In this document: piece after piece, positions 39,045 through 48,604 of the stretch | Layout: each line of letters opens with the position of its first letter | Position numbering within the stretch: the stretch's first letter is position 1 | Made by a program: the position numbers and the translations under genes | NCBI GenBank assembly: GCA_945861965.1 | Contig: CAMAWM010000010.1 | Span: 996-64,995, forward strand | Length of the DNA stretch: 64,000 nucleotides | Reading direction: 5' to 3' | Origin: Chitinophaga pinensis | GTDB lineage: Bacteria; Bacteroidota; Bacteroidia; UKL13-3 | Notes under the pieces: model-generated | What the model was told of the DNA's origin: nothing | Seen by the model: the letters and a program-made list of their open reading frames with translations, nothing else | Databases searched by the model: none

Positions 39045-41132
39045 TTATTTTACAATACTTCCAGCTTCAATATCTTGTTCAGGACCAACACATATTAATT
39101 TTCCTTGATCATTTCCAGCCATCAATAACATGCCATGCGATTCAATTCCTCTAATTTTTCGAGGAGCAAGATTTACAACAACTGTAACTAATTTTCCGAT
39201 TAAATCTTCGGGCTTGTAAAACTCGGCAATGCCGCTCAATATGGTTCTTTTTTCAAAACCTAAATCAACAATAAGTTTTAAAAGTTTATCTGCTTTGGGT
39301 ACTTTTTCGGCTTCCAAAACTTTTCCGATACGCAAATCAATTTTATCAAAATCTTCAAACGCAATGCTTTGTTTCACCTGCGCTTCGCTTAAAACATTTT
39401 TTTCGGATTCGTTTGCAGATTGTCCGTTTTCGGTTTTCGATTGCTGTAATTTTTCAATTTGTTTTTCCATTTCTTCGTCTTCTACAGGTTTAAAAAGAAC
39501 TTCGGATTTCCCTAAAATATGTCCATTCTTAAATTCGATTTCAAACACATCAGAAATCGTTTTTAAATTGAAATCAAAATTTAATTGCTCAGCCAATTTT
39601 ACGGCAGTGTGCGGGATAAATATTTTTGAATACGCTTGCAATGCGGCACACATTTGCAGTGCTCGATGCATCACATATTGCGTTGACTGTTCATCAGTTT
39701 TTATCAGTTTCCAGGGCTCTGTTTCAGCCAAATATTTATTTCCGGTTCTTGCAATGTTTACAAACTGAGCCAAAGCATCACGAAATTTATAGTTGTCGAG
39801 ATTTGCTTTTATCTGTTCAATGCATTTTGAAATTTCTTGGTTTGCAAGTGTAGTTTTTGAAAGTATTTCTTCGTTCGAAACGACAGGCAATTCAGGAACA
39901 ATACCAGAATAAAACTTATGCGATAACACCATTACGCGATTAATAAAATTCCCGAAAATAGAAACCAATTCGCTGTTCACTCTTGTTTGATAATCTTTCC
40001 AACTGAAGTCGCTGTCTTTGGTTTCGGGCGCTATCGATGTCAGCACAAAACGAAGTTCGTCTTGGCGCTCTGGCAAATCTTTCAAATACTCATCAAGCCA
40101 AACAGCCCAGTTTCGGCTAGTCGAAATTTTTTCGCCCTCCAAGTTTAAAAATTCATTGGCCGGAACATTTGTCGGCAATATATAATTGCCATGTTCCATC
40201 AGCATGGCCGGAAAAATTATGCAATGAAAAACAATATTGTCTTTGCCAATAAAATGTACAAGTTCAGTATTTTCATTTTGCCACCAATCTTCAAATTGTG
40301 CGTTGTTTTGCAACAATTCTTTGCTTGCCGAAATGTATCCAATGGGTGCATCAAACCACACATACAAAACTTTTCCCTCTGCATTTTTTATTTCATTTGG
40401 AAGTTTCACGCCCCAATCCAAATCACGCGTCATGGCTCGTGGTTTCAGCCCTTCGTTAAGCCAACTGCTGCATTGCCCGTATACATTTGTTTTCCAATTT
40501 TTCTTTTGGTTTTCAATGTATTTTTGGATTTTGGGTTGAAGTTTATCCAATTCCAAAAACCAATTTTTAGTTTCTTTTAAAATGGGAACGGCACCGCTTA
40601 ATGTTGATTTTGGATTAATTAAATCAGTCGAGCTTAAAGTAGCGCCACATTTTTCGCATTGGTCGCCATACGCTTCAGTATTTTGGCATCTTGGGCAAGT
40701 TCCGGTTATATATCGATCGGCTAAAAATTGCTTGGCTTCCTCATCGTAATATTGTTGAGTTACTTCTTCTTTGAATGCGCCTTTTTCGTACAATTTTTTA
40801 AAAAATTTCTGTGCGGTTTCGTGGTGTATTTTTGAGGATGTTCTTCCATAATAACTAAAGTCAATTCCGAAATCAGCGAATGATTTTTTCATCAATTCGT
40901 GGTATTTGTCAACCACCTGCTGCGGACTAATTCCTTCTTTTTTGGCTTTTATCGTTATTGGAACACCGTGTTCATCGCTTCCACAAATGAACAAAACTTC
41001 TTTGCCACAGGCTTTTAAGTACCGAACATACAAGTCTGCAGGCAAATAACATCCTGCCAAATGCCCAATGTGAACGGGGCCATTGGCATAAGGAAGTGCT
41101 GCGGTTACAAGGTGTTTTTTTTGTACACTCAT
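39045..41132 (-). CDS. metG: methionine--tRNA ligase with a C-terminal tRNA-binding (EMAP/Trbp111-like) domain
   Basis: 695 aa with PYANGPVHIGH (the HIGH motif), a KISTS-type KMSKS motif, a CPRC...CEKC zinc knuckle and a C-terminal OB domain. Confidence 0.95.
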   Translation of the reverse strand: MSVQKKHLVTAALPYANGPVHIGHLAGCYLPADLYVRYLKACGKEVLFICGSDEHGVPITIKAKKEGISPQQVVDKYHELMKKSFADFGIDFSYYGRTSSKIHHETAQKFFKKLYEKGAFKEEVTQQYYDEEAKQFLADRYITGTCPRCQNTEAYGDQCEKCGATLSSTDLINPKSTLSGAVPILKETKNWFLELDKLQPKIQKYIENQKKNWKTNVYGQCSSWLNEGLKPRAMTRDLDWGVKLPNEIKNAEGKVLYVWFDAPIGYISASKELLQNNAQFEDWWQNENTELVHFIGKDNIVFHCIIFPAMLMEHGNYILPTNVPANEFLNLEGEKISTSRNWAVWLDEYLKDLPERQDELRFVLTSIAPETKDSDFSWKDYQTRVNSELVSIFGNFINRVMVLSHKFYSGIVPELPVVSNEEILSKTTLANQEISKCIEQIKANLDNYKFRDALAQFVNIARTGNKYLAETEPWKLIKTDEQSTQYVMHRALQMCAALQAYSKIFIPHTAVKLAEQLNFDFNLKTISDVFEIEFKNGHILGKSEVLFKPVEDEEMEKQIEKLQQSKTENGQSANESEKNVLSEAQVKQSIAFEDFDKIDLRIGKVLEAEKVPKADKLLKLIVDLGFEKRTILSGIAEFYKPEDLIGKLVTVVVNLAPRKIRGIESHGMLLMAGNDQGKLICVGPEQDIEAGSIVK

Positions 41133-41288
41133 AGAATTTGTGCGAAAGTAGGGCTTAAATGCCTAACATAATTGAGTTTATTTTGAACAAATATTAAAGC
41201 AATGAGTATAGTTGCTACAAAATCTGAGAAGAAGCTAAGTGCTCGAAGTAGGCAGAAAACGCATGAATTAACCCCAAGCAATTTTGGG

Positions 41289-42350
41289 ATGAAACACTTG
41301 CTTTTTATTTTCCTGATAATTTCAACATTATTTACCTGTAGAAAAGATTCGAAAATAAATCAACAAGAGGCTTCGCTTGGATTTACTTTAGACATTGGAA
41401 ATTTTGTAAAGTCGTATATTGACGGAAATGAAATTGTTGTGTTGAGCCGTCCTGATGAGGGTGAATATTGGATTTCGGTGTACGATAAAACGGAAGGGAC
41501 TTTAAAGTCAACTATTTTAGTTGGCAACGAAGGTGTTCGGCAAAATTACAAAAACAGGAATGTCAAATTTTTTTCAAAAGACGTACTGATAACTGCAAAT
41601 TTTGGTCAAGGCGCAGATTACTCGCACAAGGCATTTAAATTTCAGAATATTTACAATCAAAATTCGTTTGGCATATTGTACGATACAACAATTTTTTCGC
41701 AGGATATTTACAGCCGATATCTTTTTGCAGACAATACCAGTTATCCAAACGATGGAAAAAATATTTATACGATAGCTACTCAGTCATATCCTGCTGCAGT
41801 AAAACAGAATTTTTTGCAGTTTCAATTTGATGCATCAAAACGAAACTTGAACCTTGTAAACAGCAAACAATTCGAATACAATTCTATTTATTATGCCAAT
41901 ACTTTCTTCGCATTTCGCGACAGGCTTGTAATAATCATTGGCGATATTTTGTTGTTTAATAAAAATCTGGAACTTATTTGCGATGTTCCACTGCCCGACA
42001 GAAGTGGCGCTTTGCCGATAAATTTCTTTTATGCAAACTCGAATTTTTACTACATTTTTATGTCGGTTGATGGGTATTCTGTTTTTCGCTCAAGTGATTT
42101 AATTGACTGGGAAAAAGTAAATACAGTTTCAACTTTTCGATTGTCAGGACAAAATATGTTTGACGGATGTTCGGATAAAATTTTAAAAGCAAATGACAAG
42201 GTAATCGAAACACTTTCGGCAAACAATTTTAGCAAAACAAAAACCACAAAATTTGACGAAAAAATTTGCAAAATCATCTGCAACAAAGAGTGGGTTTTTG
42301 TTTTTTTCAAAAACAAAATACTAAAGAAACACATTTCAGAATTCTACTAA
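41289..42350 (+). CDS. hypothetical lipoprotein
   Basis: The track ORF starts at 41202, but MKHLLFIFLIISTLFTC at 41289 gives a signal peptide and lipobox. I recognise no family. Confidence 0.45.
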   Translation: MKHLLFIFLIISTLFTCRKDSKINQQEASLGFTLDIGNFVKSYIDGNEIVVLSRPDEGEYWISVYDKTEGTLKSTILVGNEGVRQNYKNRNVKFFSKDVLITANFGQGADYSHKAFKFQNIYNQNSFGILYDTTIFSQDIYSRYLFADNTSYPNDGKNIYTIATQSYPAAVKQNFLQFQFDASKRNLNLVNSKQFEYNSIYYANTFFAFRDRLVIIIGDILLFNKNLELICDVPLPDRSGALPINFFYANSNFYYIFMSVDGYSVFRSSDLIDWEKVNTVSTFRLSGQNMFDGCSDKILKANDKVIETLSANNFSKTKTTKFDEKICKIICNKEWVFVFFKNKILKKHISEFY

Positions 42351-42534
42351 TGGATGGATTTTTTTCATTCAAATAGTCTCCTAAAACAACACAAAAAAGA
42401 GAAAAATCAGTTAATTATCGACTAATTGACTATTGTTCGCTGATTTAAGTCAGAGCAGCACTAAATTATGAGCTATTGTTTCAAAAAACATTAGCTATAC
42501 CATACTTTCGCGATTTCACAAGTTTGAGATATAC

Positions 42535-44130
42535 ATGAACAACAACTCGATTGTAAATAGAATTTTAAATAGTGCGCTTACTGCTAATCAAAATTTAACG
42601 CCTGCCGAATTAGTGCAACATGCACTGATAAATGGCGAAGGCGTTTTAAACGATACAGGTGCTTTGATGGCAGATACAGGTGAATTTACAGGTCGTTCGC
42701 CAAAAGACAAATTTTGTGTGCATGATGCCAAAACTGAAAATACAGTTTGGTGGGGCGATGTGAACCAGAAATTTGAAAACGATAAATTTGAAGCGCTTCT
42801 CGAAAAAGTAATTAAACATTTCGAGGGCAAAAAAGTATACACGCGCAATGCCTTTGCATGTGCAGATTCGCGTTATAGATTAAACATTACAGTAGTAAAC
42901 GAAACAGCATACCACAATTTGTTTTGTCATAATTTATTTCTTCGTCCAGAAGCATCGGAATTAGAAAATTTCAATGCTGAGTGGTTGATACTAAATGCGC
43001 CAAGTTTTATGGCGGATAAAAATGTAGATGGAACTCGCCAACACAATTTCTCGATTATTGATTTTACTCGAAAAATAATTTTGGTAGGCGGAAGTGGGTA
43101 TACAGGCGAAATGAAAAAAGGAATTTTCACCGTGTTGAATTATGTGCTTCCACAAGAACGCAACACACTTTCGATGCACTGCTCGGCTAATATTGGAAAA
43201 AAGGGCGATACCGCTATTTTCTTTGGATTGAGCGGAACTGGAAAAACAACATTGAGTGCCGATCCAGAACGAAAATTAATTGGCGATGACGAACACGGTT
43301 GGGCCGAAGATTCGGTGTTTAATTTTGAAGGCGGTTGTTATGCCAAATGTGTTGATTTAACAAAAGAAAAAGAACCACAAATATTTGATGCGATTCGCGA
43401 AGGAAGTTTGTTGGAAAACACGCGTTTCTATCCCGAAACAACTACGGTTGATTATACAAACATTTCGGTTACCGAAAACACCCGTGCAGCTTATCCCATT
43501 TATTTAATTGATAACATTGCAGTGCCTTCGGTGGGCAAAGCTCCCGAAAATATTTTCTTTTTAACGGCTGATGCTTTTGGTGTGCTGCCTCCTATTTCAA
43601 AACTGAATGTGGGACAGGCAATGTATAGTTTTATTAGCGGCTACACGGCTAAAGTTGCCGGAACAGAAGCAGGAGTTACAGAGCCTCAGGCAACTTTCTC
43701 GGCTTGTTTTGGTAAAGCATTTTTGCCACTTCATCCTGGAAAATATGCCGAAATGCTGGGTAAAAAATTAAAAGAAAACCCGAATATTAACGTGTGGTTA
43801 GTTAATACCGGTTGGACAGGCGGGGCTTACGGAACCGGTTCGCGTATGAAACTTTCATACACTCGTGCAATGATTACAGCTGCATTGAATGGCGAACTAA
43901 ATGGCGTTGAATTTGCAAAACATCCAATTTTTGGATATGCGATGCCAAAATCTTGCGCCAATGTTCCATCTGAGATTTTAAATCCACGAAATACGTGGGC
44001 TGATAAAAATGTCTACGATGAAAAAGCAAATCACTTGGCAAATTTGTTCAACAAAAATTTTGAGCAATATGCAAACGGTGTTTCGCAAGAAATTTTGGAG
44101 GCAGCGCCAAAAGCTTCACAACACGGATAA
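42535..44130 (+). CDS. pckA: phosphoenolpyruvate carboxykinase (ATP)
   Basis: 531 aa with FFGLSGTGKTTLS (kinase-1a) and IGDDEHGW. Confidence 0.95.
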   Translation: MNNNSIVNRILNSALTANQNLTPAELVQHALINGEGVLNDTGALMADTGEFTGRSPKDKFCVHDAKTENTVWWGDVNQKFENDKFEALLEKVIKHFEGKKVYTRNAFACADSRYRLNITVVNETAYHNLFCHNLFLRPEASELENFNAEWLILNAPSFMADKNVDGTRQHNFSIIDFTRKIILVGGSGYTGEMKKGIFTVLNYVLPQERNTLSMHCSANIGKKGDTAIFFGLSGTGKTTLSADPERKLIGDDEHGWAEDSVFNFEGGCYAKCVDLTKEKEPQIFDAIREGSLLENTRFYPETTTVDYTNISVTENTRAAYPIYLIDNIAVPSVGKAPENIFFLTADAFGVLPPISKLNVGQAMYSFISGYTAKVAGTEAGVTEPQATFSACFGKAFLPLHPGKYAEMLGKKLKENPNINVWLVNTGWTGGAYGTGSRMKLSYTRAMITAALNGELNGVEFAKHPIFGYAMPKSCANVPSEILNPRNTWADKNVYDEKANHLANLFNKNFEQYANGVSQEILEAAPKASQHG

Positions 44131-44148
44131 CATAAAAAACGAATGAAT

Positions 44149-45054
44149 TTAAAAGAGAGCTTCAGTCGAGTCTCTTTTTTTTTGTATAAAATTTTTCGCT
44201 TCCTCAAAATCTTTTACCCAATGTATTTTATTTCCTTCGCGTTCCATTTTTCTGAACCAAGTCATCTGTCTTTTGGCAAATTGAAAAATTGCAATTTCGA
44301 GCTGAGAAAACATTTCTTCGTACGATAATTCATTTTGAATGTATCGTGTTACAAAATTGTATTCCAAACCTAAATTAATTAATCTTTTGGGAGGAATTCC
44401 AATATCTAAAATATGTTTTACTTCGTCAATCAAACCATTTTCCAATCGTATTTTTAAGCGTTCAGAAATTTTTTTTCTTCGTTCATCTATCGAAAGTTCA
44501 ATGCCAATTATCATTGGGTTTATTTCTGGAAAAATAATTTCTTCAATTTTATTTGATGCTAAATACCTTCCGATTTCAATAGCTCGTATCAAGCGCTTTC
44601 GCGTATCAGCCGGTAGAAATTTTGGATTTTTGGTTTGTAATTCTTCGTCCGATAATTCTTCTAATTCCTTTCTCAAATTTTCATTTACCGGAACCGAAGT
44701 AAATTGATGTTTTTTTAAAATGGCATCGAAGTATAAACCTGTGCCACCACAAACAATCGGGATTTTTCCTTTTGAAATTATTTCCTGAAAAGATTTTACA
44801 AATTGATTTAAAAAATCATTCAGATTAAAATTATCATTTACATCAGCCACATCAATTAAATGATGGGGGATTTTTTTTTCCTGAAAAGTGTATTCATTCA
44901 AATCCTTACCAGTTCCAATATCCAAACCGCGGTACACTTGCCGCGAATCAGCACTTATTATTTCTGCATTCAATTCATAAGCAAGCTGCACGGCAAGTTT
45001 TGTTTTGCCGCTTGCCGTTGTACCAACTATAAAAACGCTATTGTGTTTTATCAC
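44149..45054 (-). CDS. miaA: tRNA dimethylallyltransferase
   Basis: 301 aa with a GTTASGKT P-loop, SADSRQVYRGLDIGT and VGGTGLY. Confidence 0.9.
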   Translation of the reverse strand: MIKHNSVFIVGTTASGKTKLAVQLAYELNAEIISADSRQVYRGLDIGTGKDLNEYTFQEKKIPHHLIDVADVNDNFNLNDFLNQFVKSFQEIISKGKIPIVCGGTGLYFDAILKKHQFTSVPVNENLRKELEELSDEELQTKNPKFLPADTRKRLIRAIEIGRYLASNKIEEIIFPEINPMIIGIELSIDERRKKISERLKIRLENGLIDEVKHILDIGIPPKRLINLGLEYNFVTRYIQNELSYEEMFSQLEIAIFQFAKRQMTWFRKMEREGNKIHWVKDFEEAKNFIQKKRDSTEALF

Positions 45055-45149
45055 CCGACAAACATAGCGGTATTGACTAAAAATTTCCTTGACGAAATAT
45101 TTTTATACGATTCAATCTTCAAATTAATTTCTATTTTCGTCAGCGATTT

Positions 45150-46619
45150 ATGAGCGAAGAAATTTTTAAAAAAGTGGTTAGCCATGCCAAAGAGTATGGA
45201 TTTGTTTTCCCCGGCAGTGAAATTTATGACGGGCTGGGTGCCGTGTACGATTACGGGCAAAACGGGGTGGAACTGAAAAACAACCTCCGTCAATACTGGT
45301 GGAAAGCCATGGTGCAGATGAATGAAAATATTGTAGGACTTGATGCTGCCATTTTTATGCACCCTAAAACCTGGGAAGCCAGCGGGCATATTGCAGGTTT
45401 TAGCGATCCGATGATTGATAACAAAGACTCGAAAAAACGCTACCGTGCTGACCAGCTTTTAGAAGATAAAATTACTCGTTACGAAAAAGATGGAAAAACA
45501 AATAAAGCTGGAGAGTTGCAATCTGATTTGGATACAGCGATGCTTGAAAATAATTTGTCTGCATTAAAAAATTTAATCGAGCAACATGAAATAGCCTGCC
45601 CTGTTTCAGGTACACGAAACTGGACCGATGTGCGACAATTTAATTTGATGTTCAGCACCGAAATGGGCGCTAATGCTGAGGATTCCGATAAAATTTATTT
45701 GCGTCCTGAAACCGCACAGGGAATTTTTGTAAATTTTTTGAATGTGCAAAAAAGCGGCAGGCTTAAAATTCCTTTTGGCATTGCCCAAACGGGGAAAGCT
45801 TTCCGAAATGAAATTATTGCGCGGCAATTTATTATGCGTATGCGCGAGTTTGAACAAATGGAAATGCAGTTCTTTATTCGCCCCGGAACGCAAAAAGAAT
45901 GGTACGCCAAATGGAAAGAAGCGCGAATGAATTGGCATAAAAAATTAGGCTTTGGCGAAGGCAAATACCGCTTTCACGACCATGTGAAATTAGCACATTA
46001 TGCAGATGCTGCGGTTGACATTGAATTTAATTATCCATTTGGATTCAAAGAATTAGAAGGAATTCACAGCCGAACCGATTTTGATTTAAAAAATCACCAG
46101 GAACTTTCCGGCAAAAAGCTTCAGTATTTTGATACCGATTTAGATGAAACAGGTAAAGCTTTTGGCAATTACATTCCTTATGTTATCGAAACTTCGGTTG
46201 GTTTAGACAGGTTGTTTTTAGCAACACTTTGCAGTTGTTATGTTGAAGAAGAAGTTGGCAAGGAAGAAAAAAAAGAAACAAGAGTTGTTTTAAAATTTCC
46301 AGCAATTCTTGCACCGATAAAAGTTGCCGTTTTGCCTTTGGTAAAAAAAGACGGATTGCCCGAAAAAGCACGCGGAATAATTGACAATTTGAAATTGGAT
46401 TACAATTGTTTTTACGAAGAAAAAGATACCATCGGCAAACGCTACCGCAGGCAAGATGCATTGGGAACTCCTTTTTGCATAACAGTTGATTACGACACGA
46501 TGAATGACGAATCGGTAACCATTCGGTATCGCGATACAATGAAACAAGAAAGAATTTCAATCAGCAAAATTGCTGAAATATTGAAAGAAGAAATCAGTTG
46601 GAATAAATTATTAAGTTAG
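45150..46619 (+). CDS. glyQS: glycine--tRNA ligase (homodimeric class II type)
   Basis: 489 aa with YLRPETAQGIF, GKAFRNEI and VIETSVGLDR. Confidence 0.95.
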   Translation: MSEEIFKKVVSHAKEYGFVFPGSEIYDGLGAVYDYGQNGVELKNNLRQYWWKAMVQMNENIVGLDAAIFMHPKTWEASGHIAGFSDPMIDNKDSKKRYRADQLLEDKITRYEKDGKTNKAGELQSDLDTAMLENNLSALKNLIEQHEIACPVSGTRNWTDVRQFNLMFSTEMGANAEDSDKIYLRPETAQGIFVNFLNVQKSGRLKIPFGIAQTGKAFRNEIIARQFIMRMREFEQMEMQFFIRPGTQKEWYAKWKEARMNWHKKLGFGEGKYRFHDHVKLAHYADAAVDIEFNYPFGFKELEGIHSRTDFDLKNHQELSGKKLQYFDTDLDETGKAFGNYIPYVIETSVGLDRLFLATLCSCYVEEEVGKEEKKETRVVLKFPAILAPIKVAVLPLVKKDGLPEKARGIIDNLKLDYNCFYEEKDTIGKRYRRQDALGTPFCITVDYDTMNDESVTIRYRDTMKQERISISKIAEILKEEISWNKLLS

Positions 46620-46622
46620 ACT

Positions 46623-47405
46623 ATGGCTTACGAAACAATTTTATTTGAAAGTAACGAAGGTGTTGCAACACTTACACTCAATCGTCCAGATGTGTTCAAT
46701 GCATTTAACGAACAACAAAGTTTTGATGTAATTGATGCATTGAAAAAAACAGCGAAAGACAAATCAATTCGCGTATTGGTTATCACAGGTGCAGGCAAAG
46801 CATTTTGCAGTGGTCAGGATTTAAAATCAATTGCCGGAGCCGAAAAAAGAAGTTTGAGCGAAAGTCTTCACAAGAGATACAATCCAATGATTCGCGCCAT
46901 TAAAAATTTACCCTTGCCCGTAATTTGCAGATTGAACGGAGTTGCAGCTGGAGCAGGTTGTTCTTTGGCATTGGCTTGCGATATGATTGTGGCAAGTGAA
47001 TCGGCATCTTTGATTGAAGTTTTTGTCAATGTCGGTTTGGTTTTAGATTCAGGCTCATCGTATTTTTTACCGCGATTGGTGGGCTCTGCTCGTGCATTTG
47101 AAATGAGTACGATGGGAACTAAAGTTAACGCACAACAAGCTTTTGATTGGGGAATGGTAAACCGCGTTTGTAAACCCGAAGACTTGGACGAAGAAGTAAA
47201 AAAACTTACAGATTATTATAGCAAAGCGCCAACCAAAGCCATTGCCTTGATGAAAAAAATGTTGAATAAATCTTTCCACAGCGATTTGGATACCATGCTT
47301 GAATACGAAACCTATTGCCAAGAAATAGCAGGGCGAAGCAACGATAACAAAGAAGGAGTAAAAGCATTTAACGAAAAACGCAAACCCGAATTTAAAGGAG
47401 AATAA
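46623..47405 (+). CDS. enoyl-CoA hydratase/isomerase (crotonase family; PaaG-like)
   Basis: 260 aa with ITGAGKAFCSGQDL and GVAAGAGCSLALACD. Confidence 0.85.
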   Translation: MAYETILFESNEGVATLTLNRPDVFNAFNEQQSFDVIDALKKTAKDKSIRVLVITGAGKAFCSGQDLKSIAGAEKRSLSESLHKRYNPMIRAIKNLPLPVICRLNGVAAGAGCSLALACDMIVASESASLIEVFVNVGLVLDSGSSYFLPRLVGSARAFEMSTMGTKVNAQQAFDWGMVNRVCKPEDLDEEVKKLTDYYSKAPTKAIALMKKMLNKSFHSDLDTMLEYETYCQEIAGRSNDNKEGVKAFNEKRKPEFKGE

Positions 47406-47484
47406 CAAGTTAAAGCACTAAATTCAAAATCCTAAAAAATAACGGTTTAAATTTGAATTTATTTAGATATTAGAATTTTATTTT

Positions 47485-48366
47485 ATGAAATTTGCAGCTA
47501 TAGATATTGGTTCAAATGCAGTCCGTCTTCAAATAGTTCGTGTAAATAAAAACGATCCAAATGAACCCTTAAAAAAAATAGAATTTGTTCGCATTCCTAT
47601 GCGATTGGGCGATGATGCATTTAAACAGAAAAAAATAAGCAAAGAGAAACGGAAAGTTTTTGTTACTGCCATGAAAGCATACAAACTTATGATGGATGCT
47701 TTTGGCGTAGATCATTACATGGCTTGTGCAACTAGCGCAATGCGTGAAGCCAGAAATGCAAACGAAATTGTAGCTAAAATTTACGAAAAAACCGGATTGA
47801 AAATTTCAATCATTGACGGAAAACGCGAAAGCGAATTAATTCTGCGATCAATAAAAGGGGTTTTTAAACCCAATGAAAATTATTTAAGCATTGATGTGGG
47901 TGGAGGAAGTACCGAGATGGCCGTAATTAAAAAAGGAAAACTAGTTAATTCGGTATCTTTTGATCTTGGGACTGTCCGATTGATGGATGGTGCTGTAAAA
48001 GAAAAAACTTGGAAAATAATGGAGCATTGGGTAAAACACAAAACACAAAATATTCCCAATCTTTCAGCAGTGGTTACAAGTGGAACCATCAATAAAATTT
48101 CGCATATCATCAATCCCGAAAAGCCAGAAGAATTTACTCGCCAACAACTCAAAAAATTTCACCGCAAGGTTAGCAAAATGAGTTTTGATGAAAGAGTAGA
48201 TGAGTTAAAATTAAATCCAGATAGAGCAGATATAATTGAGATGTCGGCCGATATTTATTTGCGAATTTTAAATTGGGGAAACATTGATAAAGTGTACGCG
48301 CCCGAAACGGCTGGATTAAAAGACGGAATTTTGATGGAGTTGTACGACAAGTACGCGATGGATTGA
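47485..48366 (+). CDS. Ppx/GppA-family phosphatase (short form)
   Basis: 293 aa with AAIDIGSNAVRL and IDVGGGSTE, the ASKHA-fold motifs. Confidence 0.8.
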   Translation: MKFAAIDIGSNAVRLQIVRVNKNDPNEPLKKIEFVRIPMRLGDDAFKQKKISKEKRKVFVTAMKAYKLMMDAFGVDHYMACATSAMREARNANEIVAKIYEKTGLKISIIDGKRESELILRSIKGVFKPNENYLSIDVGGGSTEMAVIKKGKLVNSVSFDLGTVRLMDGAVKEKTWKIMEHWVKHKTQNIPNLSAVVTSGTINKISHIINPEKPEEFTRQQLKKFHRKVSKMSFDERVDELKLNPDRADIIEMSADIYLRILNWGNIDKVYAPETAGLKDGILMELYDKYAMD

Positions 48367-48589
48367 AATCAAATGCATATTTGAGTATTAAATTTTGATT
48401 TAAAAATGCCGCCATTTCAAGAAGTATGAGTTAACAGAAGAAGAAATAAAAATTGTTGAAGCATCTTGATTGTATGCTCAAATATTTGGCAGCTAAAGCT
48501 ACAGAATCAAGTAGTAATAAATACCAAATAGCCAGGTATTTAAAAGATATATCACCTTAGAAAAGGTTTTCTGCTGATAAAAATAAGAT

Positions 48590-48597
48590 TACTTTTG
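48590..48597 (+). promoter_or_regulatory. candidate -7 box (TACTTTTG) immediately upstream of rluB
   Basis: Exact TAnnTTTG match, 8 nt before the ATG at 48605. This would imply a nearly leaderless mRNA. Confidence 0.3.
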
Positions 48598-48604
48598 CCC
48601 GATT

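Noticed and set aside
45051-45389. 112-aa minus-strand ORF spanning the miaA/glyQS intergenic region and the glyQS 5' end.
   Set aside because: It is antisense to a strongly conserved GlyRS N-terminus (EIFKKVVSHAKEYGFVFPGSEIYDG) and has no family resemblance.
48367-48604. A 238-nt intergenic region before rluB containing a short frame that reads ...KKYELTEEEIKIVEAS*, which might be a gene fragment or small protein.
   Set aside because: It has no convincing start codon, is only about 17 codons long, and I recognise no homology. It is more likely just promoter/leader DNA.
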